Source: Eledone cirrhosa
Taxonomy: Eukaryota
DNA length: 64,000 nt
Assembly (NCBI GenBank): GCA_964016885.1
Contig: OZ024756.1
Location: 24,366,001 to 24,430,000 of the forward strand
Direction of reading: 5' to 3'
The notes beneath the pieces were generated by a model that had not been told where the DNA came from, did not search any database, and worked only from the letters and a program-made list of their open reading frames with translations. A program made the translations under genes and the position numbers. Shown in pieces: positions 52,776 to 64,000 of the stretch (the stretch's first letter is position 1; each line of letters starts with the position of its first letter).

Positions 52776-55399
52776 TATATATATATATATATATGCCTTT
52801 ATTGATTATGTCTGCGTATTGTCTTGGAAACGTTTGTCCAGGTAGCATTACCTAATGTGTTCGCCCTGACCGATTATTTTACAACTTTTTTATCATTATG
52901 TCATGGACCAATTGTCACATGATATGATCGATATTATTGTCTATTGATCAAACTTATTCTTATAATCTATTGTGAAATTACAACAGATGCGGCAGCCTCT
53001 AGAGACGGTACATTAATTGATTTAAAACGCTGGTTATTAAAAGGTTTTTCCACTTGTTTAGCATAGATACAAATGTGGCGGTAATAACAGATTGCTGCCA
53101 GCATTGACAATAGGTGTTGTTGTAGGAAGAGGTGAGACGTAGACTGTGGTGGAAGGTTAACAGACGACAGCCGATTCACTTGAAGATGGAAAATCAGCGA
53201 CAAAGTAGCAACGTTTGAATATCAATAACAATACATGCTGCTATGACGATGCATACAACAATAGTTCTGGCAGTGAGTAACAATAGAGACAACAACATGG
53301 GAACTGCCCATATATTGATAGCACTAATAAGAACTGCCCATATACTAAGGAGGATTCTGTCAATATAAATATATTACAAGTCTAAACACCTAAACTAAAG
53401 ATGCATGTGTGTGTATGTGTGTTCTTTCTTGAATATGGCGGACCTTGTTGTCTCTTGGGGCCACTGGTTGTGACTTGGTGATAACTCATATGAACATAAA
53501 GCAACATAAATGAAATAATAATTGTTTCTACTTTAGGCACAATGCCAGAAATTATACCAGTGCATGACTGGTACTTTATTTTATCGACCCCGTAAGGATG
53601 AAAGGCAAAGTTAACCTCGGCGGGATTTGAACTCAGAATGGCAAGGGCCGTAACTTTATGCGTCAAAGCATGGCGTCCGACCCTCTACCGATACTGCCAA
53701 TCCACTGAAATAATGATTGTTTCTACTTTTGGCACAAGGCCAGCAATTAACCAGTACATTACTGGTACTTTATTTTATCGACCCCGTAAGGATGAAAGGC
53801 AATTCTTATATAGGCACAAGGCCAGTAATTTGGGTAGCGGGGAAAGACGATTAAATCGACCCCAGTACGTTACTGGTACTTTATTTTATCGACCCCGTAA
53901 GGATGAAAGGCAAAGTTAACCTTAGCGGGATTTGAACTCAGATCATAAAGGGCCATAACTCTATGCTGCAAAGCATGGCGTCCGACCCTCTGCCGATACT
54001 GCCATTCCAATAATAATAACAATAATAATGATGATGATTTCTTTATAATTATGATGTCTTTATTGGTCATAATGATAAAGATTTCATTTATTGACCACAA
54101 GGGCCGACATGTAGTGGACAATACAAAGACACGGACATTGGGGGGTTTACAACAAGCTCGAGTATAAGTGCACAATAGCAAAATCAATTTAACAATGAAA
54201 ATATAAAATAAACTATAAAACATACCGAAAGTATATGACAGCTGTTGCAAAAATAACAACAGTTGCAGCAGTTATTTTGATATCTGCAGCAATTGCACTT
54301 TCAACCCCAAATGCAACAGTATCTGATTTAAGACCACCGCCACCCCACCACCCACAAAAAAGGGGGGGGACTTGTCCTCTGGTACCCCCCTGAAACAAGG
54401 CCCTTGATTGTGAGGTATGGTATAGCATGGTCCCGTAACTCCTGAGGAAGTCATAGAGGCGCCATAGTGACATGCGATTTTCAAGGGCATTTTTTTTTTT
54501 AAAGCCTGGCGGAGCTCATCTCTTCTCCAGGTCTGAATACAACAGATTTCTTCCAGAAAATGATAGAAAGTGAGAGAGTGGAAACGAGAAAGAGATATAG
54601 AGGAGGAATCGATCTCAAAACTTGTCTAGTACTTTTTTTTATCGACCTCGAATGAATAAAAGACAAAGAGAGCAGAAAGCCGGAACAAATACCATAAATA
54701 AAGCATTCTATCGACTTTGCTAATTCGCCGCTTGTTATAGTGTGGGCGATCAACAACAAAATGAAATTACTATATTGTTAAAGTTTAAGTAAATGTATTT
54801 CACATGCCACCACCATAACTAAAACTTAATGGTCAGGTCACTTCGTGGTCTCGGCAGACAGGATGGAGTTACGACTTCTGAGTTCAAATCCTATAGATGT
54901 CAACTAGAGTTATGCCCATTTATGTTCTGAGTTTAAATCCCGCCGAGGTTAGCTCAGACTTTCATCCTTACAAGCTCGATTAAAAATAGTACCAGTAACG
55001 CACTGAGGTCGATTTAATCGATTTCCCTCCCCTAAAATTATTGGCCTTGTGACTAAATCAGAAACAATTTCTTACTCTGTGTGTGTATGTTATTGGTGAT
55101 CTATAATTAACCCCCCCCCCCCCCCTCTCCCCCTGTTTAAAGGTTAGTCCACCTCGTGGTCCCAGCAGGTAGGATGGAGAAGACATTGCCCCGGAGGATG
55201 GCGAGGGAGACACGCGGGAACAACCCCTTCAACTCGTGGGGGCTCGCGCTTGCGAGTAGCTAACTCCACCTCGATAGCACTGAGTAGGGATGGGGGAGGG
55301 GACAAAAACGCCGGGATGTCTCCCCTGCCACAGGCTCGACCACAAACCTATTATTACAGATTCATTTCAAGAGCTAGTCGCTACGTTGACTAACACTTT

Positions 55400-55640
55400 C
55401 TTCTTCTCTTCGCCCACTTATTCCCGAGAGGGTCGTGAGGGGCAGAGGCCTCAAGCAATCCTTCCAGAGAGTCCTGTCAGAAGCAACAATCTCCAACTGA
55501 TCCGGCTGGATCCCAAAGCTTGACCAGCCAAGCTCATGGATGTTATCCAACCATCTTGCTCGGGAGTCAACCCCTGGGTCTCTTGCCGGTTGGTTTTGCC
55601 CGTAAAATCTGTCCAGGTATTCTTTCCTGAGACATTCTAA
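55400..55640 (-). mobile_element. RTE-like LINE 3' fragment; homologues at 50690-50875 (-) and 1365-1550 (+)
   Basis: RMSQERIPGQILRAKPTGKRPRG..RWLDNI..ASDRTLWK. Confidence 0.65.
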
Positions 55641-55873
55641 TCAAATAGTTTTGAAAATGATCAAGAATTTGGAATGATTTAGTAATATACGTAACTAACT
55701 TTCTCGTTATTAAGCCAGTACTTTATTTCATCGACCCCTGAACTGTGGAGGGATTTAAAATGAAATGTCTTGCTCAAGGATACATCACACTGCACGACTG
55801 TACTACCATACATCGAACACACAACCTTACGATTGTGAGCCGAACCCTCTAACCACTAAGCCACGTTATCAGG

Positions 55874-55909
<36 letters not shown>

Positions 55910-55915
<6 letters not shown>

Positions 55916-56083
55916 TCCGTTATAACGAATACCATTATAACGAATTTTTCAGTATAACGAAATTCTTTTCAATCCCCGGCCACACGCTCGCTGTGTTATG
56001 GTCGATCTCGTAATAAAGAATTTTTCATTACAACGAATTTTTTTAAATACCCCGTGATTTCGTTATAACGGAATTTCACTGTA
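55910..56083. mobile_element. pogo/Tigger-like MITE
   Basis: AAATTCCGTTATAACGAA / TTCGTTATAACGGAATTTCACTG-TA; internal TATAACGAA repeats. Confidence 0.6.
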
Positions 56084-56190
56084 TACATATATGTGTGTGT
56101 GTATATATATATATATTACGAGATCGACCATAACACATCGAGCGTGTGGCTGGGGATTGAAAAGAATTTCGTTTTAATGGTATTCGTTAT

Positions 56191-56272
<82 letters not shown>

Positions 56273-56316
56273 AAGTTAAATAAAAGTCAAATGATTAAAA
56301 TTTAGCTTCGTTTATT

Positions 56317-56371
56317 ACTGCTATATATATTTCAGTGACAGCCATCTTTGGCTGTGACCTCTTCAGGCAGT
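56317..56371 (-). ncRNA. Hammerhead ribozyme in the Neptune-like pLTR
   Basis: Inverted copy of 58771-58825. Confidence 0.78.
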
Positions 56372-58770
56372 TTGAATTAGTATGGTATAGACAAGTACAT
56401 ATGTTGTTTAGGTGTATGATATTGTCAATACTCTGATATGCCCAGTTCCTTGTTGGGTTGTTAATTCACTGGGGAACTGGAGTCATATGAATTCAAACAA
56501 ACGAATTTTCGTGTCACAGGTCCCCTTCTCCTCTCATTGGTCAGTTATTAGAACATTCCTCATTCTAAGTGTTGTTATTGTTGGAGTTAGCTTAAAAATT
56601 GATAAAATGGTAGAAGGGACAAGGTGTTAAAGGAACAAAATAACAAAAAAAGTGTCAAACTTTCCATTGTTCAGTTCTGAGAGCATTCCTCAGTCAGAAG
56701 TCTATAGAATTCTTTCTGGGGTGAGGCTCCCTGTAGTGTTTTTGCCTGCTATTGTTCAGTACATTTGACCTCCACCATTATTTTGGTACTGTTGTTGTTG
56801 TAGTGGTCAGCTTATATCTTGCTGCTGCTAACAATTTAGAAGTATCCAGTTTGTGTTTTTTCTTCATCCCTCCCGCCACTATCGTAGTGGTGGTGGTGGT
56901 GGGGGGGGGGGGGTTCTTTCATGTATATGAAGAAATATAAGGCAATAAATGAAGAAAACAGAAAATAAATAAATAATATAGTAAAATAAAATAATTAATA
57001 TAATTTGTGTAATTTGAAAATAAATAAATAAATAGAGAATAAAGAATATAGAGTAAATGAGAGATTGGTGAAAAAGTAATGATAGTGTATATGGAGAAGT
57101 GAGAAATAATGTAGGATAAAGTGTGTGTGTGTGATAACCAATCTCAAGGTCAGAATATGTTGGATAGATTGGTATGATACAAGATGTTAAGATGAGATAT
57201 TCAATGTGTTTGTGTTATAATCTATCTCAACTTAAAATAAATATACGGTGATACAGTGAAGAGGGCAGAAAACAAATAACAAATTAATAAAGAGAAATCA
57301 AGATTTAAGATTGGAACTTGAAAGTCAGAAATCTGGTAAATTAAAAGTGTTGGTGTTATAGATGTTGGCCAAATTATTATGGCTGTGTCCGATTCTATCT
57401 CTAGGCTATCATGGTGTCTGCTCCACCTGGGTTGTTCCCTGTGGCTTGAGGGGAGTTCACAACCTAGGGTGTTGTTATTGCCCATATAGCTTGAGGGAGG
57501 TCTGGCCGAGAGGTGTTTTCATGTTCTGTAGAAGTCCCTATAGCTTGAGGGGAGTTCACATCTTCTTGTGTTGCTACTGTCCATATATTTTGAGAAAGGT
57601 CCCGGCTCTAAGGTGTCTGCATGTCCCGAAGAAGTCGGTTCTGAGGTTTATCAGGCCGCTTCCACCTCTTAGTATCTCGAGGGTCTCGTTCAGGCATAGT
57701 TTGCATATGCAAAATCCCCCTTTATCGGGTGGTACTTTCCTGATTATGTACCAGGCCAGAGAGTATGGGGTCCTGTCCAGCTTAAGCTTCCAGATCAGGT
57801 CGGAGAGAACTGTGCTTTTCCTTTTGGCCTCCTTCTTGAATGAATGGCGATGGTTGTACCAGCGCTCCTTAAAGCTCGTTGATGTGGCTCCTATGTAGAG
57901 GTGTTCGGAGTTGGGGTTTTAACCCTACAACCGTACACTAGGTTCTTCTTGAGAAATTCATTACCAAGGGGGCATGATTCGGGATTTCTGCAGTTGCAGA
58001 GGGTGGTCGGCCTCTGCGTGCCTAGATTAGGGTTCTCATTATGTGTTACATGTGGTCTTCCCCCATGCTCGGTCGGGGGTCCTTGGGTCTGTTTGCGTTT
58101 CTTGGGTGGGCTCTGGGTCTCCCCTTCCCTCCTTTCACATGGTTCTGCTGAGTGTTTGTATTGCCATCTTCTGGTTGTGTTTTCTTCATTTATTGCCTTA
58201 TATTTCTTCATATACATGAAAGAACCCCCCCCCCCACCCCCACCCCCACCACCACTACGATGGTGGCGGGAGGGATGAAGAAAAAACACAAACTGGATAC
58301 TTCTAAATTGTTAGCAGCAGCAAGATATAAGCTGACCACTACAACAACAACAGTACCAAAATAATGGTGGAGGTCAAATGTACTGAACAATAGCAGGCAA
58401 AAACACTACAGGGAGCCTCACCCCAGAAAGAATTCTATAGACTTCTGACTGAGGAATGCTCTCAGAACTGAACAATGGAAAGTTTGACACTTTTTTTGTT
58501 ATTTTGTTCCTTTAACACCTTGTCCCTTCTACCATTTTATCAATTTTTAAGCTAACTCCAACAATAACAACACTTAGAATGAGGAATGTTCTAATAACTG
58601 ACCAATGAGAGGAGAAGGGGACCTGTGACACGAAAATTCGTTTGTTTGAATTCATATGACTCCAGTTCCCCAGTGAATTAACAACCCAACAAGGAACTGG
58701 GCATATCAGAGTATTGACAATATCATACACCTAAACAACATATGTACTTGTCTATACCATACTAATTCAA

Positions 58771-58825
58771 ACTGCCTGAAGAGGTCACAGCCAAAGATGG
58801 CTGTCACTGAAATATATATAGCAGT
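58771..58825 (+). ncRNA. Hammerhead ribozyme in the Neptune-like pLTR
   Basis: actgc-CUGAAGA-ggtcacagcca/tggctgtcact-GAAA-tatata-UA-gcagt. Confidence 0.78.
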
Positions 58826-58979
58826 AATAAACGAAGCTAAATTTTAATCATTTGACTTTTATTTAACTTTATTTTACACTACTCCGGAGTAACCAAACCA
58901 ACCTGCGCACTTCGTCGAGTGCTCCAGCCTGCATACTAAGGTGTTGGTATACAACCAACATAAACTCAAAATCTCTCTC

Positions 58980-59082
<103 letters not shown>

Positions 59083-59222
59083 TATACCTGATAACGTGGC
59101 TTAGTGGTTAGAGTGTTCGGCTCACGATCGTAAGGTTGTGTGTTCGATGTATGGTAGTACAGTCGTGCAGTGTGATGTATCCTTGAGCAAGACATTTCAT
59201 TTCTAATCGCTCCATAATACGA

Positions 59223-59282
<60 letters not shown>

Positions 59283-59312
59283 TATATATATATATACATG
59301 TATATACATACG

Positions 59313-59349
<37 letters not shown>

Positions 59350-59369
59350 ATATGTTTATATGTACATAC

Positions 59370-59420
<51 letters not shown>

Positions 59421-59489
59421 TATGTATATACATACATACATGACTGAATCTTAACCATCTACTATGTCAGGGTATGTCATGCATCATCT

Positions 59490-59556
59490 TATTTTATCTG
59501 ATGAGGACATACTGTTGAAGTTAACTCAGTACCTCTGAAATATGTATAATAAAATA
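59490..59556 (+). ncRNA. Hammerhead ribozyme, type I
   Basis: Inverted homologue of 51088-51154 with the core intact. Confidence 0.68.
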
Positions 59557-59735
59557 TACTTGATCACAAGAATATCTATTTTGTTAACATTTTGAATTAA
59601 TACTAATAACTCCGGAAAACCAATACTATTGAGTGCTTCCAAACTATTGTAAAACTCATTCTTTGATTTATTCATTGAACCTTGTTTAACCTTTAAATAT
59701 ATATATATATATATGTGTGTAGATATATATATATA

Positions 59736-59776
<41 letters not shown>

Positions 59777-60282
59777 CGAGAGACTATGTAAAGACTTGAA
59801 TAATTATGTAATATTATGCTCCATCGTCTGCCACTTCAGATCAGACGTATTCATATTTGGTACTGTTGTTTAGCTATTGTTTTGTTGTTCTATCTCATTG
59901 TTGTAGCAACTACTTGTAGCAAGTATTGCATAAAAACGTAACAGAAATAACTACACCCAACCCAATCTTCTTTCTCTCTTTCCATCTATCTGTCTCTGTA
60001 CCCCACCTCCCTCTCTCTCTCTCTTTCTATTACACACAACACACACACAACACACACATACACACACACACACACACGCATATATATATATATATATATA
60101 TAAATGAAAATTGTTGTAACGAGAAGCTACATATATATATATATATATATATATATGTAGGAGGTGAGTTTTATTGTAGTACAATAAAGCAATGCAGATA
60201 TCTGATAAGAAGCACTCTGCAGTTTGTAGGACTGGAGTATACATAATATATAAGATCAAAAGATGGTTAAATGAGTTCCATG

Positions 60283-60353
60283 TATTTTATTATGCGCATT
60301 TCAAAAACAAATATCATCATGCAATAACATTTGTGTTTTCATCAGATAAAATA
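60283..60353 (-). ncRNA. Hammerhead ribozyme (left arm of palindrome)
   Basis: Exact inverted copy of 60470-60540. Confidence 0.75.
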
Positions 60354-60469
60354 GGAAGACATGATATGAAGGTTAAAAACACTTGTGGATAGTGCAGTTT
60401 TAAATCAAAATATGTTGATTTAAAACTGCACTATCCACAAGTGTTTTTAACCTTCATATCATGTCTTCC

Positions 60470-60540
60470 TATTTTATCTGATGAAAACACAAATGTTATT
60501 GCATGATGATATTTGTTTTTGAAATGCGCATAATAAAATA
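60470..60540 (+). ncRNA. Hammerhead ribozyme, type I
   Basis: tattttat-CUGAUGA-aaacacaaatgttat..gatatttgttttt-GAAA-tgcgca-UA-ataaaata. Confidence 0.75.
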
Positions 60541-60572
60541 CATGGAACTCATTTAACCATCTTTTGATCTTA

Positions 60573-60624
<52 letters not shown>

Positions 60625-60667
60625 CGTTTCTGAATTTCTTATTGGCAACATGACCCTCCCAAAGTAT

Positions 60668-60724
<57 letters not shown>

Positions 60725-60855
60725 AAAGTCCTATTTAAATTGTTGGGATACAACAAGCAAATATTTTTATAACTGATATAAAGTACTCGACAAATATTTG
60801 GAGTAGATATACGATATTAATAAATGGAAACTATATTTATAAAAAAAAACATATT

Positions 60856-60920
60856 TATTTCATTATATATATTTCAAGGATACCAAGTTAAATTATGGTA
60901 TGCCTTCATCAGACAAAATA
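60856..60920 (-). ncRNA. Hammerhead ribozyme (left arm of palindrome)
   Basis: Inverted copy of 60991-61055. Confidence 0.72.
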
Positions 60921-60990
60921 CAATATATAACAGTTTTATAAATAGACTATCCTGATGGCCTCCAAAAGCAACGGTCACTGTTATATATTG

Positions 60991-61055
60991 TATTTTGTCT
61001 GATGAAGGCATACCATAATTTAACTTGGTATCCTTGAAATATATATAATGAAATA
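60991..61055 (+). ncRNA. Hammerhead ribozyme, type I
   Basis: tattttgt-CUGAUGA-aggcatacca/tggtatcctt-GAAA-tatata-UA-atgaaata. Confidence 0.72.
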
Positions 61056-61479
61056 AATATGGTTTTATAAATATAGTTTCCATTTATTAATATCGTATAT
61101 ATATATATATAATATGTAGACTTAGCACTTTCCTGTAAACAAGTGCTATTATGCCTCATCATGTTACTTTATTTTATCTGATGGGAACACAATTTTTGTC
61201 CCAGGATGATTTTGTATTCGAAATGCGCATAATATAATATATGGAACTCTTTATTAGCTCTACTGCAATTCTACCAACTGTTGAGTGCTACTTATCTGAT
61301 ATATGCATAGTTTTATTGTTCTACAATATTACTCACCTTCTACATATATATATATATATATATATTGTTATACATATATTGTTATACATATATATATATT
61401 GTTCTACAATATTACTCACCTTCTACATATATATATATATATATGCAGAGGTTATATTTAATATATATAATAAAATAAT

Positions 61480-62266
61480 TATGTTGTTATACTTTGGGAG
61501 GGTCATGTTGCCAATAAGAAACACACGCACCAGTTGCTTTCACTTCAATTTATTATAAATTAAATTTATAAATTTAGGAATTTATAAATTTCCGGTTGGT
61601 TGGTTGGTTCCACAACCAGACGGTTGTTCATATATTGTCAAAGTTCTTTCGTCACACATTCTGTGACTTCTTCAGTGACTGGGGATTCTTTTCTTTGTTT
61701 TTGTGCCTCTCCTTTGTTCTGTCCTACGCCATCTTGTTTTTGTGTGTGTTGTGTGCTCAGTTTGCACATGTGTTACATCCGGCTGTCTGTGTGTGTTTAT
61801 ATTTGTTTATTTATTTGTTTATTTACATGTTACTGGTTGGTTGTTTGTTCTATGTATGTGTGTGTTTTCATTTTTCCTTAATTGTAAGTTGTGATCTTGC
61901 TATTCGATTCATGCTTTCTATTTAATTTTGGTTGGAGTTCATTTATGTTTATTGCCTCTGTGATTTGTCTAAACATTGCGTCTTTTCTGTGTGTAGATTC
62001 TATTTTTATTTCTATGTTCTTTAATTTACCCTTATGTTCTATTTTAGCATGTTGGTAGAGTACAGATGATTCTTTACTATCTTGAAGCTCTCGCCAGTGT
62101 TCATTTATCCGTTCTCCTATACTACGAGCTGTCTCACCTATGTACACGATATTCTTATCTCTACATTGTCCTTCAGTACATCTTATGCTATATACTACAT
62201 TTCTAGTTTTACAGTTAATATGGGGGCTTAGTTTACAGATTATACATTTTTTATCTATAAAGGGAG

Positions 62267-62270
<4 letters not shown>
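61480..62270 (-). mobile_element. Second, truncated copy of the same Penelope-like family (GIY-YIG plus pLTR)
   Basis: ORF 61878-62306 has RNVVYSIRC..YIGETARSIGERINEH..RQITEA; inverted homologue of about 51990-52775. Confidence 0.85.
61637..61679 (-). ncRNA. Minimal hammerhead ribozyme (variant A)
   Basis: Reverse-complement copy of 52582-52624. Confidence 0.7.
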
Positions 62271-62301
<31 letters not shown>

Positions 62302-62594
62302 CACACGTTACACTTCCTGGATATATATATATATATATATCGAGAATCTCAAGTTGTAATACGTGACGTATTCTATTCTATAGCGATTGGGTCTTCAAAA
62401 TGTTTATTATAAACATACAGAATATTTTCGAATATTCTATGTTTGTCTTCACATATATATCGCTATTTCAGAGCATTAAATCCAAATTCTAATTTCTGCC
62501 GGACCGGCTACCGCTCTTTCAAACCAGTTCCTGTACACAGCTAAGTATTCTATAAGTCTCTAGCTGTGTCGTTCTCGATAAAAGCATTGGATAT

Positions 62595-62637
62595 GTAATC
62601 CTGATGATTTCTAACAAGAATGAAACGCGTAGATTAC
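62595..62637 (+). ncRNA. Minimal hammerhead ribozyme within a 312-nt repeat unit
   Basis: gtaatc-CUGAUGA-tttc/gaat-GAAA-cgc-GUA-gattac; stem III is the palindrome ACGCGU. Confidence 0.75.
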
Positions 62638-62761
62638 TTCCCTTGCTTTTATCGAGAATCTCAAATTGTAATACGTGACGTATTCTATTCTATAGTGATT
62701 GGGTCTTCAAAATGTTTATTATAAACATACAGAATATTTTCGAATATTCTATGTTTGTCTT

Positions 62762-62822
<61 letters not shown>

Positions 62823-64000
62823 ATACTTTGGGAGGGTCATGTTGCCAATAACAAATTAACAACAAATTCAGAAACGAAATATATATATATATATATCCAG
62901 GAAGTGTAACGCGGAGTTACTGTAGCGAAATGCTCGTTAGCGACAAATAAATGTAATGAAGGAGTACCCGTACGTCCTTTTGACGCATTGAGTCACTACC
63001 ATTACTCCTCTTTCCACTTCTGTCTCGCTCCAACACTGTCTTACTACCATTAGGGCGGTGGATTGACAGTATCGGTAGAGGGTCGGACACCATGCTTTGA
63101 CGCATTGAGTTACGGCCCTTGCCATTCTGAGTTAAAATCCCGCCGAGTTTAACTTTGCCTTTCATCCTTACGGGGTCGATAAAATAAAGTACCAGTAATA
63201 CACTGGGTTATTGCTGGCCTTGTGCCAAAAGTAGAAACAATTATTCTTTAATCCAGGGCGGTGGATTGGCAGTATCGGTGGAGAGTCAGACGCCATGCTT
63301 TGACACATAGAGTTACGGCCTTTTCCATTCTGAGTTCAGATCCTGCCGAGGTTGACTTTGCCTTTCATAAGGATAAAGTACCAGTAATGCACTGAGTAAA
63401 TTGCTGGCCTTGTGCCAAAAGTATAAACAATTAATATTATTATTATTATATATATACACACGCATAAAGTGGTTAGTGATAGGAAGGATATTCGGTCGTA
63501 GAAAGCTTGCCAAGCAGAAGGCTGGGAGGACCCCTCAGTCATGACAAGGGCATGACTGCTTCTCTAGTGTTGGTGATCTACACGATAAACGCACCCAGTA
63601 CACGCTGTAAAGGGGTTGGCGATAGGAAGGGCACCCAGCCGTAGAAAGTTTGCCAGACAAAGGGTTAGTAGGAACCTCAGTTGTGACAACCTCCCTGTGC
63701 ACTCGGTAGATCGTGAGGCCGTATATAAGCAGGACGCAGACCACTCGGCTTGTCTGCGAGGTCAGTAACCCGGCTATAGTACTACCTTGGTCTATGTAAG
63801 CCCGTCCAACCCTTGCTAGCATGGAAAACGGACGTTAAAACGATGATGATATATATGTGTGAACGTGTATATACACACACGCACACGCATGTATATAAAT
63901 ATATTCATACATATATGTGTGTGCGTGTATACGCCCATCTCTCTCTCTCTATATAAAAGTCTTTGTCTCTCTGTCTGTCTGTCTTTTCCTTATGCATTCT

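Larger units (their letters stand above)
56270..58875 (-). mobile_element. Neptune-like Penelope element remnant: GIY-YIG fragment between ~690-bp inverted repeats
   Basis: Minus strand 57574-58000 reads CNCR..CPL..LVY, then after a frameshift YIGATSTSFKERWYNH..CKLCLNE..CRH; 56270-56960 is a near-perfect inverted repeat of 58180-58875. Confidence 0.85.

Noticed and set aside
55140-55270. Possible HDV-like ribozyme (CC-ACCTCGT-GG, similar at 54835)
   Set aside because: No P1 5' strand or canonical J4/2 could be assigned by eye

Overview
AT-rich, microsatellite-dense animal genomic DNA, most consistent with an octopod cephalopod (inferred from the long single-exon C2H2 array and the SINE and (TA)n landscape). 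Two protein-coding genes lie on the minus strand. One is a single-exon tandem C2H2 zinc-finger gene (1904-3355). The other is a spliced MFSD5-like molybdate-anion MFS transporter: nine in-frame GT-AG exons (21330->6744, 335 codons) were reconstructed, but its last two expected TM helices were not found. The rest is repeat-derived: a 5'-truncated Tx1/L1-clade LINE, RTE fragments, two Penelope-like (GIY-YIG) families, several SINE families, hAT, mariner and piggyBac-like MITEs, and minisatellites. The most striking hidden signal is at least 18 minimal type-I hammerhead ribozyme motifs of about 7 sequence variants. Most sit in (TA)n-bounded palindromic modules whose 3' ends point outward, and one lies in a retrozyme-like 312-nt, 1.4-mer repeat. 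Coordinates were counted by hand; repeat boundaries are approximate.
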